From Lama guanicoe (Eukaryota): 64,000 bases of DNA. The notes under the pieces are model-generated. The model made no database searches. It worked only from the letters and a program-made list of their open reading frames with translations, and had not been told where the DNA came from. The stretch lies in contig MU054323.1 of assembly GCA_013239625.1 (NCBI GenBank), forward strand, positions 18,122,819-18,186,818, written 5' to 3'. Both the position numbers and the translations under genes were made by a program. Of this stretch, positions 11,699-24,864 are shown in pieces (the first letter of the stretch is position 1; each line of letters starts with the position of its first letter).

Positions 11699-12616
11699 TG
11701 CTGTGAGGAGCAGCCAGGTGCTTTGCTCAAATCCCCCTTCTGCTGGGAGTGCTGTCAGTTCCTTTGTTGTGGGAGAATAGATTCTTGCCCCATGCAGGAA
11801 AGAATTCAAGAGCAAGGCATGGTAAAGTGAAAGTAAGTTCATTTGGAGAGATACATATACTCCATAGGCAGAATGTGGGCCATCTCAGAAAGGCGAGAGG
11901 GAGAGAGGCTGAGAGGTGTAGGGTATTTAGTTTAAAATAAAAGTAGATAAACGCTCCATAGAGGGTGGGCCATCTCAGGAGGCAAAAGAGAGAGTAACCA
12001 CGAGGTGTGGAGTTGCTAGGGTTTTATGGGCTTGGTAATTTCATTTGCGAATGAGTAGGAGGATTATTCCAACTACTTTGGGGAATGGTGAGGATTTCCA
12101 GGCAACACCCTGCCCCGCCCCGCCACGCCACTGTTTGAACTTTAATGATCAGTCTGTGAACTGTCGTGCTGGTGGGTGAGCCATGAGGCTCAAGGTCTAC
12201 TGGAAGTTGAATCTTCCACCATCTTGGTTCTAACCAGTTTGTCCTGTCCTCAGCTGCTGTGTCATTCCTTCAACGGTTGTGCCCTGCCCCCTTCCCTCCC
12301 ATTTCACCTTCAGAGATTGCTTCAGCTGCAGAAAGCTTCCTCCACCTCCATCCTGCTTATGGTGACTGAGTCAGGCAGGAGCCTGGCCAGCTCGGCTCCC
12401 CGTGGGTCAGTGTGATGGCCGTTGGTGCTCCAGAGCCCCTCATGGGGCCGGCTGAGGCTGCAGGTCTTGCTTCACAGCTCAGCTTCTCAACTTGCCGAAT
12501 CCTGCTTCCATTTCCCACCTTCCACCAGGCTTGATCCTCAGGACACTTTCTAATGAATTCCCTGCTCATTAAATTCCATTTCAGAGCCAGCTTCCTCCAG
12601 ACCCTGACTGTAAACA
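11699..12616 (+). mobile_element. LTR16-family (ERVL) solo LTR, interrupted by an ERV1-type LTR
   Basis: gctgggagtgctgtcag...|ccttcagagattgcttcagctgcag...aatcctgcttcc...ttgatcctcaggacac...tttcagagccagcttcct...aca. Confidence 0.7.
11765..12306 (-). mobile_element. ERV1-type solo LTR (542 bp)
   Basis: TG...CA termini; 4-bp TSD CCTT at 11761-11764 and 12307-12310; U5-like gaattctttcctgcatggggcaagaa on the minus strand. Confidence 0.8.
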
Positions 12617-13084
12617 GGGTCTCACCAGGTTCTGCCATCGTGTAAATCCACTCCCTTGGTAACCACATCTACTGTCGTCCTATCAACCCCAACCGCCAGC
12701 AGCTTGCCCTCTGCCAAGTTACGCACCTTCTCCACGACCTTCTGCAGCTCTCTCGCCTTTTCATTACCCAAGGTTTATCCATGGTTTGTTCAGCTGTTCA
12801 GCAGAACTTTGTTAGAGACTTTAACTTTTATCAGATTTTTTCTGATTGAAAATACTGTGGTCTGGAAGAAATCTGGAGTCCACAGTGAGAATTGCTCCAA
12901 GATTCTCTCCTCTCGAGAAAGATCATGGTTTATAAATCTCTCTTGTGATGCGTAAGTTCGTGATGAGTCAGAAAGCGAGCTGTTACAAGGTTTATTTGAG
13001 TTTATTTGTTACTGCTTTCCTTTGCTCTGTCTTCTATCCCTCCACTCTCCTTACCCACCCCACCTATCATCCATCATCCAGCAG

Positions 13085-13340
13085 GCAAGATAGAACAGTG
13101 ACTAAGAGCAGAGGCTTCAGTGTCACACTAACCTGGGACACATGGTGAACACTCAATAATATTAAGCTAGTATTTATAGAGCCTTGTTCTATACTATGCA
13201 CCGTTGATTTAATGCTTACCCAGTCCTGTGAGGTAGATACTATTAACCTCACACTACACGTGAGTGAGCTGAGATAGAGATTAAATACAGATCACATAGC
13301 TAGTAAGTGGCAGAGTTGAGACTCAAACCCAGTTGTCTGT
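13085..13340. mobile_element. Two MIR fragments tail-to-tail
   Basis: cagtgactaagagcagaggct...cactcaataa on plus, then cctgtgaggtagatactatt...cacatagctagtaagtggcagagttgagactcaaaccca on minus. Confidence 0.7.
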
Positions 13341-14299
13341 AATTGTAAGCTATCAAATACAATATCAATAATTATGCTTGTTATTAGCATGCATTATTAT
13401 GGAACCACCATCATTATTAATATGTGGAAAGCAATGACCTTTTTCTCTTACCAATCATTTCCCAGTGCTCTTGGAAACATTCTTAATTTGGAAAGTGAAT
13501 GACCAAGATCTTATATAGCGATATCCATTTGTCATTGAGCTGTGCACTTAGCCTCTTTCCAGGGTTGTTGGACGTGTGGTGATGCTTCAGTAGTGTTTAT
13601 TCATTCTACCCAAATTATTAAGGTTGTCATTCTGAGAAACACACACAATTAGTTTTTATGGAAATGTTTCTTCAAAACTCCATCCTTTTAGACCCAGGTT
13701 GCTTTCTGCAGACAATCTGTAATTGGTCTCCCAACCAACATCCAAACATTCCTGGGAAATTGGTGATGGATTGGAGTCCCAGCAATGCTTATAAGGAAAA
13801 CAGACTTTCCACCTCCTTAGATGGCTGTTCGTGGTTTATGTTTTTGTTCTCAGCTTATGTCCTTATTTACACCAAGCCTGGAATAAAGGGGGAAAGCCAA
13901 GTTCTGAAGCAAAACTTTGAAAAGAAGATAAATTCCAGCTGCTTCAGCAAAAGGAAGCAGCTGTATTCAAGCAAAGCAAATGATAAAAACTGGATTATCC
14001 TCTCCTGCTGGAGACCAAAAGAGCTTCAAGATGTTTGGGACAAAAATGGTGCCATTTTTTTTATTTTAATTTCAGTTTAGTGTAAGGCATCTTCTGAAAT
14101 GCAGATATTTCAACTTCAATTGGACATTATTAACACGTGGTGTAGGCTTACACAATCAAGCTATTCTGCATGAGTATGTGGACTTCATGTGGCCCAATCT
14201 GGTCCTTTTTTGGGCCCCATCTGCTACCTTGATACTCAGAATTCAACGGCATAGGAAATTATTGATACTCATATCGGCAGTATTTTTAGATCCCTTTTT

Positions 14300-14525
14300 A
14301 TGTTCCAGACTGTAAATATTTGTAATATAAACAATTTTATTTAATCCTCATGAATTAGATCAACTAAATATTAATAGATGATTGGGGATATCCATTATCC
14401 TGGATAATAACAGTAACTTCTCTAAGCAAAGAGAAGTGCGGTAATTTGTCCGAGCGGGCAGATAGTAAGTGATGGAGCTGGGTTCACGTTTAAGCTGTTC
14501 TGACTCTAAAGCCAGAATATTTAGC
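14300..14525 (-). mobile_element. MIR SINE
   Basis: tttaatcctca...ggtaatttgtcc...gtaagtgatggagctggg...ctgactctaaagcc. Confidence 0.6.
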
Positions 14526-14741
14526 CGTCCTTTTATCTTGTCTCTTGTTCTGTTAGAGCTGACTGGGACTTCTGAGCTGTTAAGTCCTACACTCTCATCT
14601 TAGAAGCAGGGCTGTCATGGCCAAGTGTGAAGTAGCTAGTTGGTGGCACAGCCTTGTTCAAGGTTGTACTTATTAGTTCTCATGATTTTGAACTGCATGT
14701 GCCTTGCTATCCCATGTACCAGTGCTAGTTACCTACATTTT

Positions 14742-14866
14742 TAAAAAATAATATCTTTCGTTGGGGGGGTCATTACGTTTATTTGTTTTTGATGGAGGTA
14801 CTGGGGGTTGAACCCAGGACCTCGTGCCTGCTAGGCATGCACTCAACACTGAGCTACACCCTTCCC
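14742..14866 (-). mobile_element. Vic-1-like SINE
   Basis: gatggaggtactgggggttgaacccaggacctcgtgcctgctaggcatgcactc...ctgagctacacccttccc. Confidence 0.88.
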
Positions 14867-16565
14867 TCTAAGAATCTCTGGTTTTGTAACACAAGCAAGA
14901 CAGTCTGCTCCTGCATTAATGATAAAACGAGATTACTTTACTGAATTAGGAAGGGAAAATGATGATCTGTGGGAGGGAGGTCAGATAATCACCCTGCAGA
15001 GGTAGCTCAAAATCATGTGTTCCTTCTCATGTCCAGAGCAAGAACCAAAAAGTGAAAGGCTTCCTATAGTGATGAACATCTTGATGTTTTTCGGGTGATC
15101 TGCATCTTATTCTAGCAAGAAAACACCTGATAAAGTTACAACCCCTCCCCCGGCAGATGCACTTGCCTTTCATCTGTGAACACCAATCTGGGGTAGTTTT
15201 ATTTTTAAGGCTATGTAGTGTCTAGGCTTCTTCTTCCTATGACAGAGGAGAGGGTTAATCGTGAATATCAGAATGATGTTGTGTCAGTCATTTGCAATGT
15301 GTGTTCCTGGAATATGCTAATATCTAATATGCTGATGTCTGCAATGTGCTAATAGGCATTACGTGGAAAAATTGGTTCTGTGGCCAGATGGGTTTGACAA
15401 GGCTGAGCTTATTGAATTAGATAACTTTTTTTTTTCTCCTGCAAGAAACCTTAGGGTCTTTAATATGTACTGTGCATGTCAAAGACATGGGTATGGAATA
15501 TGGCATTTCCCAAACGTATTTGCCCATGGAAAACTTCTCTCAGGGTTCCCCTAAAACTCAGAGCAGTGTGGTTAAGTGCCGGCCAATCCTCTGACCTAAT
15601 TCTCAGGCACTTAATCTGCCACAGCTAGGCTTGCTCTGTATAAATAAAACCTGCTCCAAGTATACCAGTGAGACCCCCGTCCCTAGTGCTCTTAATTGGT
15701 TTCTTAGCCTTTCTTTATCTCCCATCCTTTTTCTCCTTGCTTTTTTCCATTTTAGTATCAGCACGTAGCAAAACATTTTTAAAACTTAAAAATGCAACTT
15801 GATGTAAATGTGGAGAAATAGTCTGTGTAGTAGAACTTCAGAAACCCAGAAAAGGTGCCGTTGCTCAAAAATATCTTTATCTTTGACCCATTATATGATA
15901 GAAATGGTATACTCAGCAGGTCATTTATACAGTGTTATTAGGATCGCCTTAGAAAGAGCATCTTCCAGCCATTGGTAGCATCCGGTGAATTAGATGCTCC
16001 AGTGGTCTAACTGTGGTCCCCTGAAAGGTTATAGGACAAGGGCTTTGAGCGGGTAGGGATTTTGATAAGGACTGCTAACGGCTGTTGTGCTTTGAGGCTA
16101 GAATCCTCTAGCCCAGTCCCCTCCTTGCCAGCTCTACCCTTTCTTGATCAGGGTACTTCTGACTCCTCAATCCACATTACTTTGATTCTGGAAACTCCCA
16201 CAATGTATGGTAGAGCTCTGCACACTCTGGGGCTTGATGAGTGTTGGACAAGGCAGATGAATCTGCATGTAAATTCACATAGCATCTTGACCCTTTAGGT
16301 CAGACAGTAATAGTAAATACTAGAATAGTAATACCAGTTACTAAGTAGTAAAACCAGTTTATTTTGATACCACTTGATTTTACATGATACTTAAAAGTGG
16401 CTGGAATCATGGTTAAAAAGATGTATTTGAATGTCATGCCTCCTCCAGGTGGTCTTTGGGATGCTGCTGGGTAGCTCACAGCTACCTAGACAGTAGACGG
16501 ACATCTGACTCAGCAAGGGCTTCCTGGCTTCTGACTCACTATGCTCAGATCAAGGAGGAGGAGGC

Positions 16566-17170
16566 CAGTGTCCAGGGCAGCATTATGTACAACAGCTAAG
16601 ATACGGAAATCATCTAAATGTCCATCGATAGAGGACTGGATAAAGAAGTGGTGGTATATTTATATAATGGACTGCTCCTCAACCATAAAAAAGAGTAAAG
16701 TAATGCCATTTGCAGCACCATGGATGGACCTGGAGATTGTCGTTCTAAGTGAAGTAAGCCAGAAAGAGAAAGAAAAATATCATATGATCGCACTCATGTG
16801 GAATCTTAAAAAAAAAAAGACACAAATGAACTTATTTTCAAAACATAAACAGAGTCAACCAGGCATAGAAAACAAACTTATGATTACCAGGGGGAAAAGA
16901 CATGGGAAGGAATAAATTGTGAGTTTGAGATTTGCAGATACTAACTACCATATATAAAATAGATAAACAACAGGTTTGTACTGTATAGCACAGGGAACTA
17001 TATTCAATATCTTGTAGTAACTTATGGTGAAAAAGAATATGAAAAGGAATATATGCATGTCTATGTATGACTGAAGCATTATGCTATACACCAGAAACTG
17101 ACACAACATTGTAAACTGACTATACTTCAATAAAAATGTTTAAAGATTAAAATTCAAACAGGAAAAAAAA
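16566..17170 (+). mobile_element. L1 3' end (ORF2 C-terminus and 3'UTR), 5'-truncated
   Basis: ORF 16541-16915 contains KCPSIEDWIKKWWYIYIMD...MPFAAPWMDLEIVVLSEVSQKEK; tail ends aataaaaa; possible TSD aagga(g/a)gagg. Confidence 0.92.
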
Positions 17171-18196
17171 GGAAGAGGGAAAGGGAGACAGTGAAAAAAG
17201 GGAGCAATGTGTTCAGTATGCAGGGGTGTAGGAGATTGAGGAATGTCGTGTCTTCTGGAGATGCTGAATCTTATAACTGGAAGGGACCTTTCCACTGAGT
17301 TTAATTGCTGTCTTTCAGAGATGAATCAAACACACCCAAGAGGGTAAATGACCTGCCTACAGACTCTCATTAGAGCTTGGACCAGAGCTCAAGTCTAGTG
17401 CTCTGCTTAGTTAGACAAGCCTGCCAAAGACCTCTGGGCCGGGTGACACAAAAAGATGGTGGAGCCAGGAGAAAAATGCAGGCAGAGTGGCCTCAACTCT
17501 CTGTCACCCCCATCTTCCCCTGCCCCCTCTGGTGCTCCCTTCTTCCACATTTTTCTTTCCTTTTTTTCCCCTTTGTTATAAAACCAGCTCCCTCTTTTTG
17601 TAGCTACTCCTTTTGCTTCTCCTTCTTTCTCACCTAATTTCATCACTTTTTTTTTAAACATTCCTTTCTTTTCCCATAATTTTGGCTGCTAACTCTTTCC
17701 TATGCCCTAAGTGTTTCTTCCCAAGGTGTCAATTTCTACAACTTCAACCAATTTGCTCCTCGGCGACTGGAAATGCCCATGCATCTGAGCACTGCACGAC
17801 TTTAGGGGGTACAAAAACTTCAGTGTGACCAATGTGATCCTTTGGACCCATCTCCAATCAAGAACTTGATTTATATATAACAAAATGGGAAAAAGTGACA
17901 AACTTCCATTAGTTAGGACAGCTGTTCTCTGAATAAGGTGGCGCTTGTACAGTCCTGCTGAAGAGTTTGTTGGGTTTGGTAAATGAAAGTCAACTAAGAG
18001 TTTTGCTGTCCTGTCTTGGGAGAGTTAAATGGATTTGCTTAACTGAAGGAGAGGAATTTGGAGTTCCATGAAGAAGAGAGTCAGATGAAATAGGAGGTTG
18101 CACAAGACAAAAGAAGCTCGAAAGATGGGGTGAAGCTGGTCTCAGGAGCAGCCAGTGGAAATTCTCCACAGTGAGATGAGTTAAAGACATCTTAAG

Positions 18197-18334
18197 GGTG
18201 GGTGGATATAGCTCAGTGGTAAAGTGCATGCTAGCACACATGAGGTCCTGGGTTCAATCCCCAGCACCTCCATTAAAAACAAAAACAAATAAATAAATAA
18301 ACCTAATTACCATACCCCCCTGCAATTAAAAAAA
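18197..18334 (+). mobile_element. Vic-1-like SINE with TSD
   Basis: tatagctcagtggtaaag...gtcctgggttcaatccccagcacctcc; TSD aaagacat(c/t)ttaag at 18183-18196 and 18335-18348. Confidence 0.92.
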
Positions 18335-20059
18335 AAAGACATTTTAAGAACGGGGCTGCATAAAAGTTGTGATGCCTCTTCCATCTCCCCCCAGATCCTA
18401 AGCCCATTGAATTGCAGTCATACATGCTTTGGGGTTATGTTTGATTGATTTTGGAAATTGCTCATAAGGTGATGTTTGACATTTGGGGAAATTCAGTGCT
18501 GAGTGGAGAAAACAAGCCCATGAGAAATGGGAGCCCAGAGCAGAGGTGAACATGAGCTTGAGGCTGTCCAGGAATCTGAAAGAAAGTTTGGAGGGAGGGC
18601 AGATGTTTTGGACTTAGAATGGGCATGGAATAAGGATTGGAGCTGATTTTATCTACATTCCAAGGGGCCAGGATTCCTTGGCCAACATCTGGTTTACACA
18701 TGTACGATTAGAAAACTGATGGGTTTCCCTGGGTCCAAATTATAACTACAGAGCATCTGCTTCTCATAAGCTGAGAAGAGAGAAGGTCAAAGAGGCTCTT
18801 ATCCAAGGACAATGGCATGTTTACTTTTCATTTAGAAAGAAGGTCTTGGAAAAAGTCAAATGGATAAACTTGTTAATACAGCAAATGTGAAAAACCTGAG
18901 AAGAGTCTCTTAACTTACGTGTTCCTTGCCAGCTGGCGCACTGCTGTGGCCTGAAGGCTTCAAGCAAGGGGGACCGGGAGGATGATTTGGAACTATTCCC
19001 ACTCATAACTGAGCAGGGATGCCAGGGAAGAAAAGTATTGACTTCCACAATGGGAAGACATTCTTCCCAATGAAATGAAATAGGATTTTTTTCTTTTGGA
19101 ATTGGCTCAAACATCATAGACCATAAACCATCATCACCCCTCTCTGATTAACATAAATCAAGTATTAGTATTGGGCTAGGGTGCTGGAAAGCAGGCTCAG
19201 GGGTCCTCATTTTCTTCCAGTTCAGAGCAGTGAGTGAGTTTCCAGCAAAGAGGGCATTTTTAAATAAAAATGCTTACCATTGGGAAGCATCGATGTAACA
19301 GGCTCTGTGCTAAGTAAATGCATCACGTGCATCACTTAATTAAATTTATTTCTCACCACGGATATTATTTGTGGCCAATGGAAGTCCTGTGGTTGCCCCG
19401 CTTGAGCGAATATTGACTTTTTAGACCTTTAGAAATGTCTGAAAGCAATCTATCACTATCACTGTTGATTGATTAAATATAAATTAATTTTTACTGCCGT
19501 GTCCCAGCTCAAAGAACAAATCAAATACAGTAGCTTTTACCTGGTGAGCTGCAAGGGTTTGTTTGGTTTGTTAAAAAAATATATAGACTATGTATTGATT
19601 ACTCCTGAGGTTTTTGAGACAGATCTGCAGAATTAGGGAAAGGAAAACCCAGTAACAGGGGCAAAGCTGAGAAATTTTGGCTATATATCTTTGGATAAAT
19701 TTATAGTATTTCTTAGTCTCAGATTTCTTACCTGTAAATTAAGGGATTTGAAATGAAAATTCTTTTCTGGCCCCTCCTGTGAAAAAAAAATCTGCTTCTA
19801 TATTTTGAAGCTCTGGAGCTATTACTGTCTCTTCTATCCTGGTTTGCCTGATTTCCTGACACTGTCACTTTTAAATAAGAGATCAAGTGTGAATTGAATC
19901 ATTCAACCGAGGACCAGGACACCTGATGTCCCTGAAACCAACCCAGCAGTTGTTTTGTTTCTCTCTCTTCTAAATTGGAAATGGAAACTGTCCTCATTTT
20001 TTCTAAGTAACAGTATAATAGGTTATGTTCAATCTCATCAGGTTTCATAGAACAAAATC

Positions 20060-20370
20060 TATGTTAGCAGGGCATCACAGCTAATGTGGATGGAAGTCTA
20101 AACATGTTGCAGAAAATCAAGTTATGGAATCTGTACAGTGTAACACCATTTATGTGACACAACAATTTTATGTGTGTGTCTATGCCAATAAATGCATAAG
20201 AATAATTAGGGGTAGTGGCTAAAGAGAATTTAAGGCTTAGATATAATTTTTTTTTTAAATAAGCGCAAGGCATTTTTTAGTTGAATAGTGACAAGGAATA
20301 AAACTACACTGTAATTTTTGTTGGCAGTATAATGATTTGCCATCTTTAGATGGAAACTACGTTCTTAAGT
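20060..20370 (+). mobile_element. Old L1MC/ME 3' end remnant
   Basis: aatgtggatggaagtctaaacatgttg...aagttatggaat...acagtgtaacaccatttatg. Confidence 0.45.
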
Positions 20371-20709
20371 CTCCAAGAATGGACCAAAAGAGATCAGACC
20401 TACAAGAAGAGATCTGGTTGGCGTTTGCATGGTGGGAAGGGGCGTGGGTGTGGGAAGCGTGTTGTAAGATGGGCAGTGTGATGCAGGGTAGTGGTACAAG
20501 TATGGATTGCTGTATTTTGGAGACTTGAGTACTAGCTTCTTTTTGGCCTGTTTCTTGTTTTGATATATGGCTTTGAGGAAAGAGGCCAGGAATATGCTTT
20601 TGCTGAGAGAAAGGAAAGATGATGTGGTACCTGTGAAATTGAGCACCCACACTGGTAGGTGTGTGTGTTGGATGTTGGAGGAATACTATATCCCTCATTA
20701 CTTTTTATT

Positions 20710-20860
20710 TAGGTTTTATAGCAATTAGCGGCTAAGCGCTTTTCAAAAACTTTATATATTCATTATTTCATTTTATCCTTACCCAATATTAAGGAGAGGA
20801 ACCTGGAGCTCAGAGAAATGAAATGACTTACCAAAGGATATGCCACAACTGCACTTCTGT
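20710..20860 (-). mobile_element. MIR SINE
   Basis: gaggaacctggagctcagagaaatgaaatgacttaccaaagg. Confidence 0.6.
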
Positions 20861-22228
20861 CCCAACTCACTCCATCACCAGCCTGCCGATACTGAGCTCT
20901 GCGGTGGGCAGCAGGCTCCAAGGGCGTGGCCAGATGACACAGCAACCTGCCTGGGGCTGTGATGCTTAAAGAAGGGGGGTACAAATAGCACTCCGTTTTC
21001 TGCTGGCCAGATGATTAGTCCACAAGAAATGTGAAATATTGTTATCATCTGTTGCTCCAAAGATTTGAATTTCCAGAAACAATGAAGGGCAAGTTTCCTG
21101 ACTTTGATATGCTTCTCTGACATGGTTCTGCAGAGTCACCACCTGCATACCTCCTTCCCTTTACTTTTAGGTACCTTGATTGACATGATGTATGTTTTAA
21201 GCACTAGTTGCTACCACCAGAGACCCGTTGATGAGTTGCCTGAATAATTGGGAGTCCCTGACAAAGATGGAGGACTTTGGCCTGCGCTGTTCCGGGAGGC
21301 CACGGTGTGCATCTGAATAAATGTGGCTTAATCACGGTTGACACACTTTATCAGTGACATAACATCAAATAAATAAACGACTCCTGGGAAACCACTCATT
21401 CTAAAGCCGTCTGCTTTTATAGCCAAGCCCTGATTTCACAGTAGTTAATGAGAATGTGCCTCCTCATCTTTGGAGATGAGAAGAACGGCCTCTCAAAGGC
21501 CTTCCCCTCCCAGCACTGTCTTGCCATGTAACCTATAAGACTCAAGATAGTTCCATTTCACGAACTTTTCTTGGCTTAGAAACAACTGTCCCACCTGAAT
21601 AAATAGGCCGTTTGTAATCACCAGGCCATGGTAAGCCTGTCTCCTTCTGCAGAGAGAGGAGCTTCAGGATAACGCTGTGTTCCTCTGGGCTTCATTCCAT
21701 TGTGTTTTCTCTTTATCATAACTCAAGTAAAATTCTCAAAGATTCAAACAGAAGGATACAGAACAAAACACAGAACTCCCTTTTTCCTTCCTCCCTCTTT
21801 TCATTTCTTCTTCCAGGGGCAGCCACAGTCAGCAGCCTGTCTGAACCTTCCAGGCCTTCTTTTATACATTGACATAATATGCGTAAATCCATACTCTTCT
21901 TGCTTGTTGTATTTACTTTAAAAGAATCCGATTCTGAATGTGATATTCAGCAATATGCTCAATAAGAGTCAGGTTTTTAAAAAATTATGAATTTTTCAGG
22001 CACATAGAAAGTAGAGACAATAATAAAATATTCACTTAACCTAAGCTTTCTGAAGGGTTATATTTGGTTAATTTGCTTCTTATGTTTTAGGGAAGTGACA
22101 TGTTAGAAATATGTGTTGATGCTCCCTCAGTATCTTTCCTTGATCCCTTCCCTCCTACCAAAGTAATCTCCATTCTAAATTTGGTGCTTGTTCATCCCTA
22201 GTATGTTTGTGTATTTTTACTAAATATG

Positions 22229-24603
22229 TTTTTTTGAGGTATAATTGATGTGTAACATTAGTTTCAGATGTACAGCATAATGACTTGATAGTTGCATATA
22301 TTGCAAAATCACAGCAAGTCCATCACTCCATGTAGTTACAATTTTTTTTCTTGTGATGAGAACTTTTAAGATCTACTTTTAGCAATTTTCAAATGTGTAA
22401 TACAGTATTAACTATAATCACCGTGCTGTCTATTACATTACATGACTTAATTATTTTGTAACTGGAAGTTTGTACCTTTTGACCTCCTTCTCCCATTTTG
22501 CCCCTCTCTCCTCCCCCTACATGTCTGGCAATTGCCAGTCTATTCTTTGTATCTGTAGGCTTGGTTTGTTTGGGATTTTTTGTTGTTATTATTCTATTGT
22601 TTTTTTGTTTTTAGATTCCACGTATTACTGAGATCATATGGTATTTGTCTTTCTCTGTCTGACTTATTTTACTTAGCATAATGCCCTCAAGGTCCATTCA
22701 TGTAGTCCCAAATGCTAGGTTTCATTCTTTTTTATGGCTGAATAATATTCCTGTGTGTGTGTGTGTTTATTACAGTTTCTTTATCCACTTGTCCATCAAT
22801 GGTTACTTAGGTTGTTTCCATATCTTGGCTGTTATAAGTGATGCTGCAATAAACTAGGGGTGCATATATCTTTTTGGGTTAGTGTTTTTATTTTCTTTGG
22901 ATATATACCCAGAAGTGGGATAGCTGGATCAGATGGTAGTTCTAGTTTTAATTTTATGAGGAAACTCCTTACTGTTTTCCATAGTGGCTGTACTGATTTA
23001 TAGTCCCAGAAACAACCCACAGGATTCCCTTCTCTGCACATTCTCACCAACGTGTGTTATTTCTTGTCTTTTTGATAATAGCCGTCTAACAGTGTTAGGT
23101 GATGTCTCATTGTGGTTCCAATTTTTATTTTCCTGATGATTAGTGATGTTGAGCATCTTTTTATGTACCTGTATGTCTTCTTGGGAAAAATGTCTATTCA
23201 GATGTTCTGCTCATTTTTTAGTAGAAATGTTTGGGTTTTTTGCTATTGAGTTCTATGAATTTTTAAATATATCTTGGATAGTGAATGCTTACATATGCTT
23301 TACAAATATTTTCTCACACTCAGTAGGTTGCTCTTTCATTTTGTTGATTTCCTTTACTGTGTAGAAGCTTTTTAATTTGATGTACTCCTACTTGTTAATT
23401 TTGCTTTTGTTTCCTTTGTTTTTGGTGTCAGGTTCAAAAAAATCATCGCTAAGAATTATGTCAAGGAGCCTATGTTTTCTCCTAGAAGTCTTATGCTTTC
23501 AAATCTTACATTCCAGTCTTCAGTCCATTTTGAGTTAATTTTTGTATATGGTGTAAGAAAGAGGTCCAGTTTCATTCTTTTGCATGTTGCTGTCCAGTTT
23601 TCCCAACATCATTTATTGAAGACTGTCCTTTCTCCATTGTATATTCTTGGCTCCTTTGTCATGAATTAATTGACCATGTGTTTGTGTGTTTATTTCTGGA
23701 CTCTTATGTTCTGTTCCATTAATCTGTGTGTCAGTTTTTATGCCAATACCACATTGTTTGGATTACTTTTGCTTTGTATTGGAGTTTGAAATCAGGGAGC
23801 ATGATGCCTCCAGTTTTGTCCCTCTTTCTCAAGATTGGTTTGGCTATTTGAGGTATTTTGTGGTTCCCTACAGATTCTAGGATTATTTCATTTTTGTGAA
23901 AATGCCACTGGAATTTTCTTAGAGATTGCTTTGGGTAGTACGGATCTTTTAATAATAATCTTCCAATTCATAAGCATGGAATAGCTTTCCATTTATTTGC
24001 ATCTTTCATCAATTTCTTTCATGAATGTATTATAGTTTTCAGTGTACAGATCTTTTATCTCTTCAGTTAAATTTATTCCTGGGTATTATTTTTGATGCAG
24101 TTATAAATGGGATTGTTTATGGTTTTCTTAATTTCTCTTTCTACTAGTTTATTGAAAGTGTTGGGAAATGCAACAGATTTTTGTTTATTGATCTTGTGTC
24201 TGGTCACTTTATTGAACTTATTTCTTGCAATTCTTAGGTAGAGTTTTTAGGGTTTTCTTTGTATAATATCCTGTCATCTGCAAATAGTGACAGTTTTACT
24301 TCTTTCTTTCCAATTTAGATATCTTTTATTTCTTTTTCTTGCCTAATTGTTCTAGCTTAGACTTCCAATATTATGTTGAATAAATGTAGCTGGAGTGGGC
24401 ATTTTTGTCTTGTTCTTGATATTAGAGGAAAAGCTTTCAACTGTTCAACATTGAGTGTGACGTTAGCTATGGGTTTGCCGTGTGGCCTTTGTATGTTGTG
24501 GCACAGTCGTCTTACTCACTTTGGAGAGAGTTTTTATCATGAATGGATGTTGAATTTTGTCATATGCTTTTTCTACATCTATTGAGATGATCATATGATT
24601 TTA
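22229..24603 (-). mobile_element. L1, about 2.4 kb, 5'-truncated; decayed ORF2 RT-to-C-terminus plus 3'UTR
   Basis: polyT at 22229; ORF 22832-23050 reads [32 protein letters not shown]; antisense RT-region DNA up to attgagatgatcatatgatttt. Confidence 0.92.
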
Positions 24604-24864
24604 TACATAAGATGTATGTGTGTTTTTATAATAAAAAGTTTAGCATTATTTTGAATATGGTTGAAATTATATCAATGGTAACTGTATATATCCTTCTACA
24701 ACTTTTTACTCCATTAAGCTTCTACATGTGACTGAACACAACTAGTTCATTTATTTTCCTGCCATATGGTGTGTTTTATTGTGTAAACATATCATGAATT
24801 ATGTACTCATTCTTCCATTTGGGGACATTGATAGAGTCCTTAGTATTTGCTTGAAAATTATAAT

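Noticed and set aside
13658..14080. 140-aa ORF on plus
   Set aside because: No recognisable domain or splice context; within chance expectation for 64 kb
16541..16915. 124-aa ORF
   Set aside because: Read-through of a truncated L1 ORF2 end and 3'UTR, not a host gene
17135..17170. Extra ~26 bp between the L1 polyA signal and a second A-run (possible 3' transduction)
   Set aside because: Too short, and the TSD is purine-rich low complexity; tail decay explains it equally well
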